Positions 27,201-41,309 of a stretch of DNA of 64,000 bases are shown here, one piece after another. The DNA is from Antedon mediterranea (Eukaryota; Animalia; Echinodermata). The notes beneath the pieces are model-generated. The model saw only the letters and a program-made list of their open reading frames with translations, made no database searches and had not been told where the DNA came from. The number at the start of each line of letters is the position of its first letter. The stretch's first letter is position 1. The stretch is taken from positions 9,362,001 through 9,426,000 of the forward strand of contig NC_092672.1 of NCBI RefSeq assembly GCF_964355755.1, read 5' to 3'. Both the position numbers and the translations under genes were made by a program.

Positions 27201-30200
27201 AAAAGACGTAGATAAATAAAATCTAATAGTTGTGATCTAATCCTAACCATATGATAAATTACTGAAAGTCTCAAGAAGGGTAATCCACGAAGGAAACGAA
27301 CAATATGACGAGCATTAATTTTACCCTTAACCTTTTGGGGAAAAAAACCTCTAATAGGGTGTTCTTTACGTTTACCAATATTACATCAAAAAGAGCAAAT
27401 GAATTAGTATAGAAGATTTTAATTTATATTTGAATGAAATAGTTAGAACCTAATTGATTGATGATTAAAAAATTTGCAAGGGAAATCCTTAGTGCATGTT
27501 TTACTATAAGTTGTTGTTTTGATCACATTGTTGTGCCGTATCCGTCTTTATAGTCTCTGACGTGTCTTCGATAATTTTCTCTATTAACCTTACATGAGTC
27601 ACTGAAAAGAAAAGCCAAAACACAATTTTGCTCAAAGCTATTAATTCGTCATTATTTTGGAAAGTGAGGAATGTCGCGCGGAGGTTATAAACTTTAAAAC
27701 TATTAATAAACAAATGAGTATTAATACAAATTAATAACATATAAAACATGTAGTCCGTACGTATGTTGTGTTTCAGCTGAAGTTGTTCAGCTAAACAGAT
27801 ATTTGACAAAGTTATTACATTTAGAACGACTATCGTTGTTGTGAAACATTGGGATTCAAGCAAACTAGTCTATGAGCAAATACCAGTTATGAATCTAAGA
27901 AATGATTAAACCTTTCTCTTTATACGTTATTGTCCTCAATTTGAAAAATTAAATGCAGTTGCTCCACTAGCCGCTAGCGCATTAGGTCTGCTGAAGCATC
28001 TAACACAAAATAATCCAAAATGTAACTTAACTAAAATGCATAATTCTTATTTTGCAGTGTCGAAAGATAAGCGATTTGACTTGCAAAGAGAAGGTGTTCG
28101 TCTGTCTTTCATTATTTACATTGCTATTCTGCATTGGCTTAACCATCGAACGTCTCCTCATCGTTGACACTCTCTCAGCTGACTTTACATTTGTGTTGCT
28201 CATTTTAGTCAATTGTGGTAAGTAAAGTAGGCCTTTTCAATTCCATAGCGTTGCTTATTGTGTTGACAAATAATGGTGAATTAAGAAATTGAAAACAGGG
28301 TCTGTTATGTTAAAATTATGAGCACTGCTTACTGTTAATTGTATAAACCTCGAAGTATAATATGACTTAAAACGGGTACAAAGGTATGAATATCTAAGAT
28401 GAGAGGTTCTCAAACACTGATCTTACAACCTTGATAAAAAAAACTCATCATCAGGATCCCTCATTTAAAAATGCGAGCCTCATGACCATTTACACAAAAA
28501 GTTTAAACATTAATTAAACATTCTCTAAATTTTGCTTAATATTTATTTATTTATAGTTCTTGGAGCATCTTATATTGTAATTATTGAATTTTGTATTTGT
28601 TTCCTCCTAGTATTCTGTGTATATTACGTAATACATGCAGTACTCAAAGAACATCCATGGGAACTATTTGTGTTTTCTACAATGATACTGCTAGTGTTAG
28701 TGGTGTGCATTGTAAATTATACCATAACATACAATCATTCAAAAGACCATGTCAAATTGGTATGTAATTTTTAAATCTTTTCATTAAATTTCTAATTTTA
28801 AAAATCTACTACTAATTGATTGAAATAAGACAATTAAAAACACTCGGTGGTAAAAGTACACTAGATCGTATACGGCATTCTAAACAAAAAGACTAAATAA
28901 ATATTAAACAATTAAACTGGAGCATGCATCTGTATTCTCACTTTAAGAAATACTAATTTTCTCCATATAGGTCCGTCTTGTGTTGATAAGTTGTGTTGCA
29001 CCTTTTGTGGTTATATTAGCTGCTAAGATAGGCATCAATTATCATCGAGCGAAGAATCTGATTTTTCGAACAGTTGGCGCCAATTTGAAACTGCAAAGTA
29101 AGTCTGTTGTTAATATTATATTGACCGTTTTACATTGAGTTGGCTTAAATCTGTCACGAGTAATTTAAGTTATATCTTTTATAGAGAAAAACGTTAGAAA
29201 GTGCATACAATGTATCATATTGAGACCGCAAAGACTGTTTAAACTAGGACGCAGCGTAACGGCATGGCACGACGTAAGTGAGTTGACCAATCACACGCGA
29301 CAGATGGTCCATCAATGCTCAAATTACTTTCAGTGTGTGGTTACGTTCTTGCGTTGCGTACCCAAGTAGAATCCAAGCTTTAACATTTGTTAAAAGATCG
29401 TATTTTTTTGGTGTTAATTTAGGAATTTCAAAGGCCTGTAAACGTGAATGTTCCTGGCGTGGTTTTGACTGGTTTTCCTAGTATTTGTTGAGCTATAGCC
29501 TAGACATAATGTGCACTATATAATACGCAACGCGGAGTTTAACATGATAGATGGGGTGTGGTGCTTACACCTGTGATTGAAAAAAAATGTTAATTGATCG
29601 ATGTCTTACAAATTTCAATAAGAAGACGAATATTGATTTCCTATACCTAAATCTGAACCAACAATGTAGGCAACTTAGAAATATAGGCCTTCAAAGTTGA
29701 CGAATCAAACGAATAAACACGGCAAGCGAAAGTACATTCTCTAACAGAAAAACCACATTATTATAATAATGAAGCTAGTTCTTGGAAGGTTGTCAATTCA
29801 ATCAAGTTACTTGCTGAAAATTGGCACACTCAGTCATATAGTTAATTGATGATCTAAAGTGAAGAACTGTGTACGCACATAATGTAGACTACTACTATTA
29901 AACACAGCAATCATGATAAACAGACATTTTAGTTCCTGTCTCCTTTCTTTATTTAAACATAGCGAAAAAGAGATACATCAAATGTATGATGATCACACTA
30001 ATATCGTAAGGTATGGGGCGTTGTATTGTAACAAAACAGATACCATGGATTGTGGAAGATGTAAAGTGCATCTTAACGCGGCAAACTAACATTCAAACTA
30101 AGTCAAAAACTCATAGCCACCTGCTTATTTTATTGTACAGTGTTACATTCATTTGTTTTCAGATATATGTGGGAAGATGTATTTGTTTGCTGATTTGCAG

Positions 30201-33200
30201 AAATTTGATTTGCAACTACAAGTGAGCTTGTCATTTTTACTAAAATGTCTTTGACATTGTTTTTTGTACAATATTATTAGAACATAACTAAACAACTAAA
30301 TTGGTTCAAGTCATTTTAACATAAAAGAAGTCTTTTTGGGAGAGTTTTATAATAATTTGACAAAATGTTCATTTAAACTACCAGTAATTTATAAAGAATA
30401 GTTTCCCTGTCTATTATTGTAAACAAAAATTACAGAATAAACAAATCCAAAAATGGAGGAATATATTCCTGTGCAGGAATGATGTCTCAGAGTAATACTA
30501 TAGTGTATTTGCGTGGATTAATGTATTAATGTCTGCGGATAAATATACACTTTGGCAATCATAGTTAGTAAACACTTTCAAATCATTCCCGGACATCCGA
30601 ATGTTTACACATAGCGTAAACACTTTAAACGCACTATTTACATTCTGAACGCGTCGCACACGTCGACATAAACGCGCCACATAGCCACATTTTTTACATA
30701 GTGTATAATTTTGTGCTTGTTTTACATTCAATTTATAATGTTATCAAATAGAAACCAGCTGATTGTGCATTTATCACTTATTGGTTGACAGATTTCCATG
30801 TTGGTATTGGTGTTGAAGGAGGGCGCAAATCTCAACCTACTCGAGGAAATTGTTCTAGGCGTCGGTATTCCGCTTGGTTTAATATGGAACGTGCTTGGAT
30901 ATGTATCAGTGAGTAATAGCATACACCAAACTTTATCTTTGCATCAAAAACCTCAATTTTATAAATTTGAAATCAAAATAATCTATACAAATCTGATGCT
31001 GAGCAAATTAAGTTAGAAGGTAGAACATCATGCGGGTTTTTCTATTTGAAGCTCAAGAGATAAGAAGATAAATATAACTTTGGGTCGAATTAAAAATAAA
31101 TAATTCTTAAATATTTCTAAGTAACTTTACTGAGTGACATGCGAAACAGCTGTGAATTACAGTGAGGGAAGGGGTAATCCCATGGGTCAGTTTACAGGCC
31201 ATCTTCTTATTCTTTCAAAGGCACTATTTTTAGATTTAACAAGACGACATGAGGTCTAAAATTGGCATAGATACCATCTTTTATGAAAGTTCAATGTGAC
31301 ATGAATTCATGTGTAATGACCTAACTAATCTGTATCTTATTTATACATACATTATCTTTTCATGCTTATTATTATCTGCCTGTATGATAAAGATCCATAC
31401 AGTAGATATACTATAGAACTAAAACGTCAAACTTGGCGACAGTAAAGTGATGACAATACCGCAAAATGGCTGCCATTGCATTAAATAAAAAAGCCCAAAT
31501 TAGGTCATTTTTACAATTACAAAATATATTTATCAAATATTTAAGTGAGGATATTAAAGTTTCAGGGGAGTAGTAAGTCATCATAGGTTAGGTCATAATG
31601 GGCATTTGTCCAACAAACTCGATCGCATCTACCAGTTGAACTTCTAAATTTTAACACGATTAATTATCTACTTATATGTTTGTGTGCTAATAAGAGTTAT
31701 TTTATAATACTTAGGTTTGGAGAGAGAGTAAACCATTAGTAGTCTTCTATTTATCAACAAGCTGGATATTCCCTGCATATATTTTGTATAAATACATTGA
31801 TGTAAGTATATTGAATGTCTGCATCATTACAAATTGCTACAAACATATACAGATGTAATGTTATAGATTAACTTTATCAGCACAAAGTCTTTTGTGATTT
31901 AGGTCCGACCAAGAATGTTCTAAAATTGTCATGGATCATAGATATTTGCCGCCATATTCTACCTTCTTAAAACTATGCATGCTTACTGAACACTGTACAT
32001 CCATTTTTAGTTCAAGTTTATAAATACAGTAGTCGTTTTGTTACAACATTATTATATTATTGCACCTAGTTTGATCAAGTAAAGTAAAGTGCATGATGTA
32101 TGAGTGTTCACTGACTAGTGTCACAAAGTAAAAAGTAGGCCTACTATAAAATACATCGGTAAAATGTGGTACGGTACTTTTATTGGGGAAATGTGTTTTG
32201 ATGAATAACAACATTATACAAGAATCATACAACATATCAATACGATTATAATTTAATCTTTGACTTTTCATAGATTGGCTTTAACTGGGTTAGTGAAGCT
32301 TCTAAGCTTCTCCCTACATGCATCATCATCTGCGGGACGTTAGCTCTCATCATTCGGTTGTGGATAGTAGGCATCATCGGTTACCTGTACAGACATTTTG
32401 GTCATGACTTAGGCAATAAAGGTATATTAGGGTCATTTGCACCAATTTGAACACTAAATATTGCATTGTAGTAAGGCCTAATCCCAAGAATTCAGTTTAA
32501 ACCAATTGAATAGGCAGCCCTTTCTATAAAGTTGTTAAGCCGGTATGTAGGCCGCCTACTAAACTTAGGTGATGTATCATGAAACTTACGATCACAGAAG
32601 AGAACTGAAGGTGTAGTTTATTCCTTCCACAAAATACTAATAAGTTAAATCTACTCCAATCGAATAATCTAAACAAATTTAATCTGCAATCATATTTCAA
32701 TCTTATCTACTCCAATTTAATCGAATCGAATGCAATCTAAAATCGAATCCAATCTGCTTTAATGTGAATTCAATCTAACCTATTCAAATCCAATTTACTC
32801 TAATCTAATCTAATCCAATCTGGTTTAATACAAATCCAGTCGAACCTATATCGAATTTATCAAATCCAAACCTAATATAATGTATTTCTTTTAGTTTTTG
32901 GAAGTGGTGAGCAATGGCGAAATTCAAGCATTGAAATAAAACAATTTAGACCAAAATCCACTTCACGCCTAAGTAGCGTTCGCTTGAAAACATGGCCGCC
33001 AAAATTCAAGAAATCTTTAAAAGATAAACGACGGAGTGAAAGAGATTCTATCAAAGAAAGACCCGACAGCTCGTCATCACGTGACAGGTCTTCGCACGCA
33101 GAAACGTCATCGCAAGTCGGACTAATAATGGAGAAGAAAGCAGTCAAGAAAAATGAAAAGAAAAATTCATTATCTTTAAGCTTTAAAATTTCAAAGTCAG

Positions 33201-33208
33201 AGAATTGA
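24259..33208 (+). CDS. Uncharacterised multipass (~7-8 TM) membrane protein, ~446 aa, possibly related to fungal UPF0658 Golgi membrane proteins
   Basis: Phase-consistent GT-AG exons 24259-24438, 28058-28217, 28611-28759, 28971-29097, 30163-30221, 30792-30908, 31715-31801, 32274-32421 and 32895-33208 (1341 nt including stop). It has repeated hydrophobic segments, the motifs LKEHPWEL, IFRTVGAN, LQKFDLQL and HFGHDL, and a basic Ser-rich tail. The gene model is well supported; the family assignment is from memory and tentative. Confidence 0.8.
25452..26310 (-). mobile_element. Degenerate 5'-truncated non-LTR retrotransposon (RT domain to 3' end)
   Basis: Minus-strand translation gives GVRQGGVTSP, LLYADDMVLISPSASGVQHLI and YNAKKS with stops and frameshifts. 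It ends AATAAAAGATT(GAAT)n. Confidence 0.85.
29240..29382. mobile_element. Degenerate MITE related to the 19524/20283 family
   Basis: ACTAGGACGCAGCGTAACG...CGTTGCGT...CCAAGCTTTA ends. Confidence 0.45.
32640..32875. repeat. Degenerate (AATCT/AATCC/AATCG)n pentamer repeat in an intron
   Basis: Recurrent AATC-N pentamers. Confidence 0.7.
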
Positions 33209-34330
33209 ACTATGAATGACATACCGAGTCTATTTTAAGTCATTGTTAATGTACACTCATGAATAAAGTGTTGTATTTATATAATTGTATTATTATGACG
33301 AGTATACACTGTAAACATGACTGATCTGAAATATGACGTCATGTAAAATGCAGATAATATCAAGCGTATGAGTTGCGCTTAATCACATGTCACGTGTGAC
33401 TAAATAATTGTAAAAAGAAAACTTGTATAAATAATTTTAAAAACCTGTTTTGAAAAGTTCTAAAGTAGTGATTATTTTTTCTACTATTTTTTATGAAAAA
33501 GTTTTATCGAAATGCTCAAAATGGTATAGGGTAATAATACTATTTATTAAGGAAATTCACACAACATAATAGCCACAAGAGGGAAAGATTTTTAAAAATT
33601 TAAAATTTATCGTAACAAAATCTGTCAAATTTATAACGGATCTAGAAGGCAGTTTGCCAACAATGTTGTATGACATATGAACCAAACGATATCTAGACCG
33701 AACCTCGTACCTTTTAAAGGGGGGTAAAATGCACGTAAACGAATTGAAAAAAAATTCTATTTTATCGGTAGCTATTTTAAGTTGGAATATTTGAATTAAG
33801 CCTATAGCTAAGTTCTTCTGAAATATCAAGCATACAATGGTGTATTATTATATTTTATATTATATCTTTTTTCGCCATATAAAAAAACAAAAGCAAACAT
33901 ACAAAGAGAACAAATATTGATTTATTTCTTTCTTGTCTAATAAAATTTAAATAATTTAATTTTAATTTGTGATCTTTAAATTAACAGTTATAAACACCTT
34001 GCAATGTATTTTTCTATTACAGTACAAAAATTCTTATTTAATTGTAAGATATTTTTAATAAAAATCGAGAAACATTTACAATTGAACTTATTGGCTTATG
34101 TGTTGCGTCTGTCACGAATTTTTCTGAAAGCAGAGTGAAAGTTATAAAAACGTATTTGAAATGACTCGTCGTGTGTTTGTGGCGTTGTGGTTATTGTATG
34201 TTGGTGCCTGGTGAATGTAATTATTGAGTTACATTTGAATCCGCCTACTTGGATCCAATGTTAGCGGTCAAAATTATGTTAACGCTGGCTCATGTTTGTT
34301 TACTATAAACATGTTTGCTACTGCACGCAG

Positions 34331-34424
34331 TATATATGGCTGCAGTCGCGTGCTCAAATTTGAGTTGTTGTGTTTACCGACCGACATAGTCAGATGTAGA
34401 GTCACGTTGCACGCGACTAAAAAA
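34331..34424 (-). mobile_element. DINE-1/HINE-like element
   Basis: GGCTGCAGTCGCGTG...CCGACCGACATAGT...CACGCGACTAAAAA. Confidence 0.6.
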
Positions 34425-35754
34425 GTGAGTAGTGTATAGGCCTAACACACACACAAAATCTACATATTCGACACTAACAGTGAAATAACAATAAAATGCA
34501 ACAAAAGAAATAAAACAATATACCAAATTCAATTATATACAAATTGTGGAATAAAGTTCGATAGCGCATCCTTAGATATATATCAATTGGTATTGTTCTT
34601 GTATCTTCGGGGAAGGAAATAAAATGATATAGGGCCTACATTAGTCACCAAATGCAACAATACATAGGGCCTATATAGAGTTTGGAAGAATGGAAAAAAC
34701 AATTTAAACAGGTAGAGGAATTACGGATTAGCATGTATCCAATTTACAATTTAACTATATTCGCTTGTATGTTATAATTACATATACTTTTACTTATAAA
34801 TTTGGTGGCGACTGCGGACAATTTTTGTATATTTAAAATGAATAAATTAGCACTGTGGTAAAGTAAGCCTACACATTTACTCTTAAATCGGGCCTATGTA
34901 AAAATACGTTTAATATATTATTAGCCCACTGCCCTGCTACATTCATGTCCTCCCAATGACATTTAACCTACATTAGGCTACTGATACATCCTTTATCCCG
35001 ATGAACAAGTAACATATGAAAGGGATTGATCAGGAAATTCCTATATTAGAGGTTGGACACTACGTTCCAATAGGATTATTAGCTGTATAATAACCAATTA
35101 GAAATTACCAAAGGGATTTCAAATGAAGGTCAATAATATATGCCCAAGGGATAATAATTCAGTTAATATGGGTTTTGCAACAATTTTTTTCATTTTGTTA
35201 GGAGGCCGCACCGCCAACTTTCGTTATCATTATGCTATCGCAAAATGTTATCAATAAACGGCAGATTGAAAAGAGTTAATTTTAATTTTCAGACCGGGCG
35301 CAATCATCCATTCAAATTAAAAAAACCAATATGATTAACCGTGGAGAAATAAGTTAACTTATTTCTTCATGGTAGATCCGAGATAGTTGTTTAATTGCCT
35401 TGGTAAATAGCGTAATATAATAATACCTTAAAAACAATTCGGCTTATATATGGATTAAAATGAAACTTACCTACGATCTATCAGATCCTGTGGAGGAAAG
35501 AAATGATACAATAATGTCTTTTCGGATTCTATGTTTACCCCTAGGATGTGTTGGCCTTCGAATGTAGGAAGTCCCTATAATGGCAAGAAACAACTGAACA
35601 GTCCAAGATAAATGATTATTAATTAAAGGTAGTTTTTAATTAGTGTGTTTATTTAAAGGAACACACGTTGCTTAACACCATACAGGATGTTTTTAATTGA
35701 TCAATTTAATTATATAATGTATTTTAAGTAGGGCCACATTGACAATATTGTGAT

Positions 35755-36640
35755 AAAGTTGACAGACAATCATTAATTTTAAATAATGACCTACAACAAT
35801 GGACGTTTTTGCTTTCATTTTATTGAAAAAAATATACCATAGCGTATGGAATCAATGTTTCTACCAACTTTGATACGAAACGAAATTTCTAGGATTAATT
35901 AAGAGGAAAGAGGACCATAAAAAAAAATTTGAAGTTGAAAGACAATCATTAATTTTTAATTGTCAATAACTAATTATGTAACTATATTTAATTAGTTAAC
36001 AGGGTTACATGAGGTGGTTAAAATCAGTACCGAGATTCTAACCAACCTTATATACCATCTAGTAGGCCTAAACATTCTAGAAATAACGCGCGATTTACCG
36101 AATTTTTCCCTTACGTAAATTTATATATAGATGAACTACAACAAATAATTGAAATTTCCATTATTTGGACAATTGTTGAATATGTTTATTAAAAAAAATA
36201 CCATAGCGTATAGAACCAATGTTTCTACCAACTTTCAAACAAAACAACATTTCTGGGAATAATTAAGAATAAAGAAGGCCATAGAAACAATTATGAAGTT
36301 GATAAACAATCATTAATTTTTAATAATGACCTACAACAAATAATGGAAATTGTTGAATAGGTTTATTGAAATAAATATACCATAGCGTATGGAACCAATG
36401 TTTTTTAACCAACTTTGATACGAAACAACATTTCTGGGAATAATTAAGAGGAAAGAGGACCATAACAAAATTATAAAATTGATAGACAATCATTAATTTT
36501 TAATAATGACCTACAACAAATAATTGTTAAAGGTTTATTGAAAAAATATACCATAGCGTATGGAACCAATGTTTTAGCTTTCATACGAAACTAAATTTCT
36601 GAGAATAATAAAGAGAAAAGAGGACCATAAAAAAATCATC
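35755..36640. repeat. ~180-bp tandem repeat, about 4 units plus an interruption
   Basis: The recurring blocks ACAATCATTAATTTT, TACCATAGCGTATGGAACCAATG and GAGGAAAGAGGACCATAA appear at about 180-bp spacing. Confidence 0.85.
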
Positions 36641-37049
36641 ATATCATCATTTGTCATCTTGACATCCACATTACTCATCTACCAACAGCTAAATGTTTCA
36701 ATACATCGGGTGTGGCAACTTCGCAGTGATAGGAAATTCCTGGTACTTGAAAACAAATGAAACTAGAACAATAATGTGACACTTCTACTACGAGTAAATT
36801 CTACTATCGATTTATATTAATTGTCAACTATCTTCAGTGATACGGAATGCTCAACAACATAGAGCAATGGATAAAGTCTACAGGAAATGGTGCATTCTGT
36901 ATTCCGGGCCAAGACACACGACTTTAAAGTCATATGCAAATGGTTATTTGGAAAAGGTATTTGAAGAAAAAAAAACCCGAAATCGTGTGAACATAAGACA
37001 ATTTAGAATTTTCCTCTGTTATTTTTAATTCAATTTCTGATATTCATGC

Positions 37050-37565
37050 CACAAGGCTCCAACGCGTTCAAAATAAGTTTGTTAGGTTTCTTTGTAAACG
37101 TATTAATGTTGTTAATTGTCTTGACCCTCTTAAGATTAGAAGTGTGTCTGATTTAATGTTTCTTTATAAGAATGTCAATTGTTTGTTTAGTTGCAACTGT
37201 TACTCTCTTTTCAGTTTACATGCTCCTTCTCGTAAAACTAGAGTCAAGTCCACTTTATATGTTCCGTTTAATAGAGTAAATGTTTCGAAAAGGGGGTTTC
37301 AGACACGCTTGCCTTCCTTGTATAACCACTTAAGTGAGTCTAATGTTAATGTTGATATGTTTTTCAATAGTTATTCTTCATTCAAGACTCATTGTATTCT
37401 TTATTTTAATAATTGTGCTCAATAGGCTAATTTCTACTATTTACTTATTTATTTAAGTTTGCTTCATATATAGAGTATTTATTGATTTATTGTTTCTGTT
37501 TTCTGTTTTCTGTTTCATACCTTCAAGTGGCAACTTTCGTTGCTGTAGGTTTTGATGAAATTTAA
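37050..37565 (+). mobile_element. 3' fragment of a CR1/L2-type LINE ORF2
   Basis: Translation RLQRVQNKFVRFL...L..RR..SDLMFLYK...R.TR...YN.L resembles the post-RT C-terminus of CR1/L2-group LINEs. Confidence 0.65.
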
Positions 37566-38049
37566 AAAAGATTAGTTCACACTGTAAAGATATAAAACTA
37601 AATGTAAAACGGTTCATTGTAACGTCAATTTAACGTACGTAAACGACGGAAAAGATGAAGAAATCCGCAAAAGTTCTAGATCTGGTATGTTTAAGATAGA
37701 TTATTCATTTATGTTGGAATAGCTTTGATTGTCATCACAGACAGACAGTGTCCTGGATGTATATACGCTTCTGACAAGTTTTGAACCATCACCCAGTAGT
37801 GTTTGAAAGAGCTCTGGTAATTATATTCAGGTAGTACGTAATTAATTAGCAATTTAACTAAGATAAAAATCTACTTTATTCTGACTCAACACTTCAATCA
37901 AATATAAAAACAACAAGAATACAAATTCAGGGCGCTTGTTCTAAGTCATGTTATAATCCATTAATACCAAATTGATACTTATTTACCCTAAATATTATGA
38001 TCACTGTTATATCTCAAAATCTTTGGCGTTAATTACAACGCTCGAAAAT

Positions 38050-38380
38050 CAGCACTTACTCATCCACAACACCGGCTGATGTCCGCGTGTAAACCTGGAG
38101 GCTTGTATTGCTCAGACCTAGAGCCTAGACCAACAGTCGCCGAATGGTCATCCGACTGACTATATACAAATATTACAATATTGATAAATATTTGTATTGT
38201 ATTCACACCGTTGACTCACGCGTAAACGTCACAAGCCGTACCATTATATATTCTCATCATTTGTGCGCGTGCGCACACATGCCGTACATTATCGCGCGGC
38301 CTGTGTATGACGTCACTGACTTCATTATCAAAATCGATATTTCGTTTCTACGACGCACTACGCGGCTACGTAGCTATTAG
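38050..38380. promoter_or_regulatory. CpG-rich promoter-like segment
   Basis: NRF1-like TGCGCGTGCGCA at 38264-38275, CRE TGACGTCA at 38308-38315, and a minus-strand donor GTAAGT at 38054-38059. Confidence 0.35.
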
Positions 38381-39653
38381 GTCTAACAGTCAATTTGGGT
38401 ACGATCATGTTCTGAGTGAGCGCAGAATGTCATTGAAATTTGAATCAGAAGATATGGTATGATGTTACGTTGCCTACACGAAACGTATGCGCATAAAACC
38501 AGGTATTCAATCCAGGTTTAGTCGCTTACAGAAAACAGTAGGCTTAAAATTAATACAGGTATAACTTTCGCTTAATTTAGTCTATCTGAAATAAATAGAT
38601 ATTGACTTGATATTTGAGTATGGTCTATCTTGTTTGCCCTTGACTAGAACATCTGAAACTTGACAGCATTTTTAATAAAGATGATACATAACATTCACCT
38701 AAGACTAGTTGAAAATAATTATACGGAGAGGTTGAGGTCTGGTCAGTTTCAAAAACTAAGTTTTAAGTTTCCGTGATATGCTATACATATTACAGTGTTT
38801 TAAGAAAATTCTATACATAGACCATACACGATTTAGTGCCGTATATTTTCATTTCCGTTTTTCTTATGATGTTTGCAGATATATTTATATATCATAGAAT
38901 TAATTATTTCATTTCATGTGTCTTGAATTGCCGGACAAGAGGACATTGATATTATTATTTATTAACATTATTACATAGACCGGTGGTTGTGCACGAGGAA
39001 ATATACTTTAGCAATATATGAAAAATATGAAGGATTTAATTATAATGATACCATCCACAAATGCACATAAAGTAGAAGCATAAAACATTTAAAAATAAAT
39101 AATCTCATTTTTGTTATTACATAATAATGTATCTTATGAGAATAAAATTGAATTGAATTGAATTGAACAACTTATACATTGGAATAAATAAAGATAATAA
39201 AACAACTAAATAATGGTATGATTAACCAAGGTCTTAGATATATCACTTTATAATTATATCAAATAAAATATTATTATATTTCTTATGAAATAGTCTCTCC
39301 ATCTAAAAAAAATAAAACGTAAAATACCATACTGACAAAAACTCTTTAAACTAAAAATCATTAACTTAAAAGTTAAGTATTTTAATAATATACAATTGGT
39401 TATTGTAAATAGAGGAATTAACACACAAAAAAAGAATGTTAAGAAGTAGGGCCTAAATACTTTGTATTAATGTTTAAGTATTTCAGAAAACAAAAATACA
39501 AAATTAATGCCAATGCTGTATGTTATGATAATAAGGTTAAAATTATGACATTAATAAGGGAAAAACAGAAAATAATGAAAAAAGGTAGAAAATGTTTAGA
39601 AATTATGTAATGAAACATTGAATGAAAAAAGGTGGTAGTGAGCCACAAAAGAT

Positions 39654-39759
39654 AAACAAGGCCAACAGCCATAAGTCGCGTGCTAAAACGCATAGTGATA
39701 CCGGACCGACCGACAGACCGACATAGTGAACTATAGAGTCGCGTCCACGCGACTAAAAA
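39654..39759 (-). mobile_element. DINE-1/HINE-like element
   Basis: AACAAGGCC end, AGTCGCGTG sub-TIR, CCGA/CAGA microsatellite, hairpin AGTCGCGTCCACGCGACT followed by AAAAA. Confidence 0.65.
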
Positions 39760-40210
39760 CGTTAAAAAAAAGTTTAGATCGTTTTGCTACACTTGTTTAC
39801 TAATTCGGTAATGAGTGCAGATGCCACAAATTTAAATACTTTCAAAAAATTATTGGTGTGATTTATTATTTATTTTGTACTCTTATCACAAATGTAATTA
39901 AGGTTTCTGTTCATATATTTTTGTTCTCTAATTTGTTATTTTTAAAATTTGTTATTTTTAAAATTTGTTATTTTTAAATGTGTAATGTACTACTGTTAGT
40001 TGATCACGGCCTTGTAGAAGAACACCTTTATGGTGACACAAGCTTTTCCGTGTTAAAATAAAGTATTTATTATATTATTATTATAAGTCTAAAAAAGAAA
40101 GTAAAAAAAACCAAAAGCAAATGATAGACCATTATGATTAAAGGAGATGGTATTTAAATAGATTATAAACTACCGCTGGGAGAAAGATGTCCTCTATCTA
40201 AACAAAGAAC

Positions 40211-40715
40211 AATGCTACTATAATTGTTATGGCAAAAACAAGTACAAACAACAACAACAAGGTTGTGCCAATGAGTGACAAATGAGGCAAACAATTTCGA
40301 CGAGTAGGCGTCTGTACGCCAATTCAACAAATCCATGGAAGAAAAGAACGAAAAAAGAGCTTATAAAAATCCTTGCTATTGAACCTGTCAAAAGCCAGGA
40401 AAACGAAAAAGAAGAAATTTCAAATAATCTAACTTTTTCTGTAGGAAGATTTCCTCGACCAAAACAAAAGACCAATGCTACTACAATTTTACGGCAAAAA
40501 CAAGTACAAACAACAACAAAAAATATTGTGCCAATGAGTGGCAAAAGAGGCAAACAAATTCGCCGAGTAGGCGTACTGTACGCCAATCCAACAAAACCGA
40601 CATGGAGGAAAAGAACAAAAAAAAGTGCTTTTAAAAAACCTTGCTATTGAACCTGTGAAAAGGCAGGAAAACGAAAAGAAGAAATTACAAATACTGTAAT
40701 CAAATGTTTTCTGTA
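40211..40715. repeat. Tandem duplication, ~263-bp unit x2
   Basis: AATGCTACTA...GGCAAAAACAAGTACAAACAACAAC starts at both 40211 and 40474. Confidence 0.85.
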
Positions 40716-41309
40716 CTTTTCTTTTTCTTATCTATAATCAAGGTAATACACCGTTACTGAAACTACAACCCTGTCCAACGAAAGAAAATATAGAATTAAA
40801 AAGGTTCATAGGATCTAGCATGTACAAGTTCTTGTTATGTTTGACCTGATTGTCAGCGGATAGTGTGGACAATCAACTTACGATTTGTTGTTACCACCGG
40901 AGGGGTGTCTATAATTTGGAAAAGGAGTGTATACAAATTAGTTAATTAGCGGAGGGGTGTCGCCTGTGTTTCAGATGACCTAGATGATAATGTATTTTAC
41001 TTAAGGTTAACGGATAATAATGATTAACGTATCAAATATTATTTTGTTGTTACCAGTTTTACTTGTAATGGGAAACATCAAAAGCTGTTGGCAATCAGTG
41101 AAGATTTGACCATGATGCCTGTTGTAAAGAAGAAAATTTCTGCTGCTAGAATATTGTTGTTATTGTTAGTGTTGGGTATTAAATTTATATTTTGTTATTC
41201 TTTATTCTTATTTAGTGTAATAATTAAATATTACAAATACGTATACAACGTATAAATATAATAATTCTTAAATAAATATCTTTTGCTTTATTTGTTTCTT
41301 TTTGTATAT

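Noticed and set aside
40227-40650. 119-122 aa ORFs on both strands
   Set aside because: They lie in a 263-bp A-rich tandem duplication whose two units are read in different frames; no domain is recognisable.
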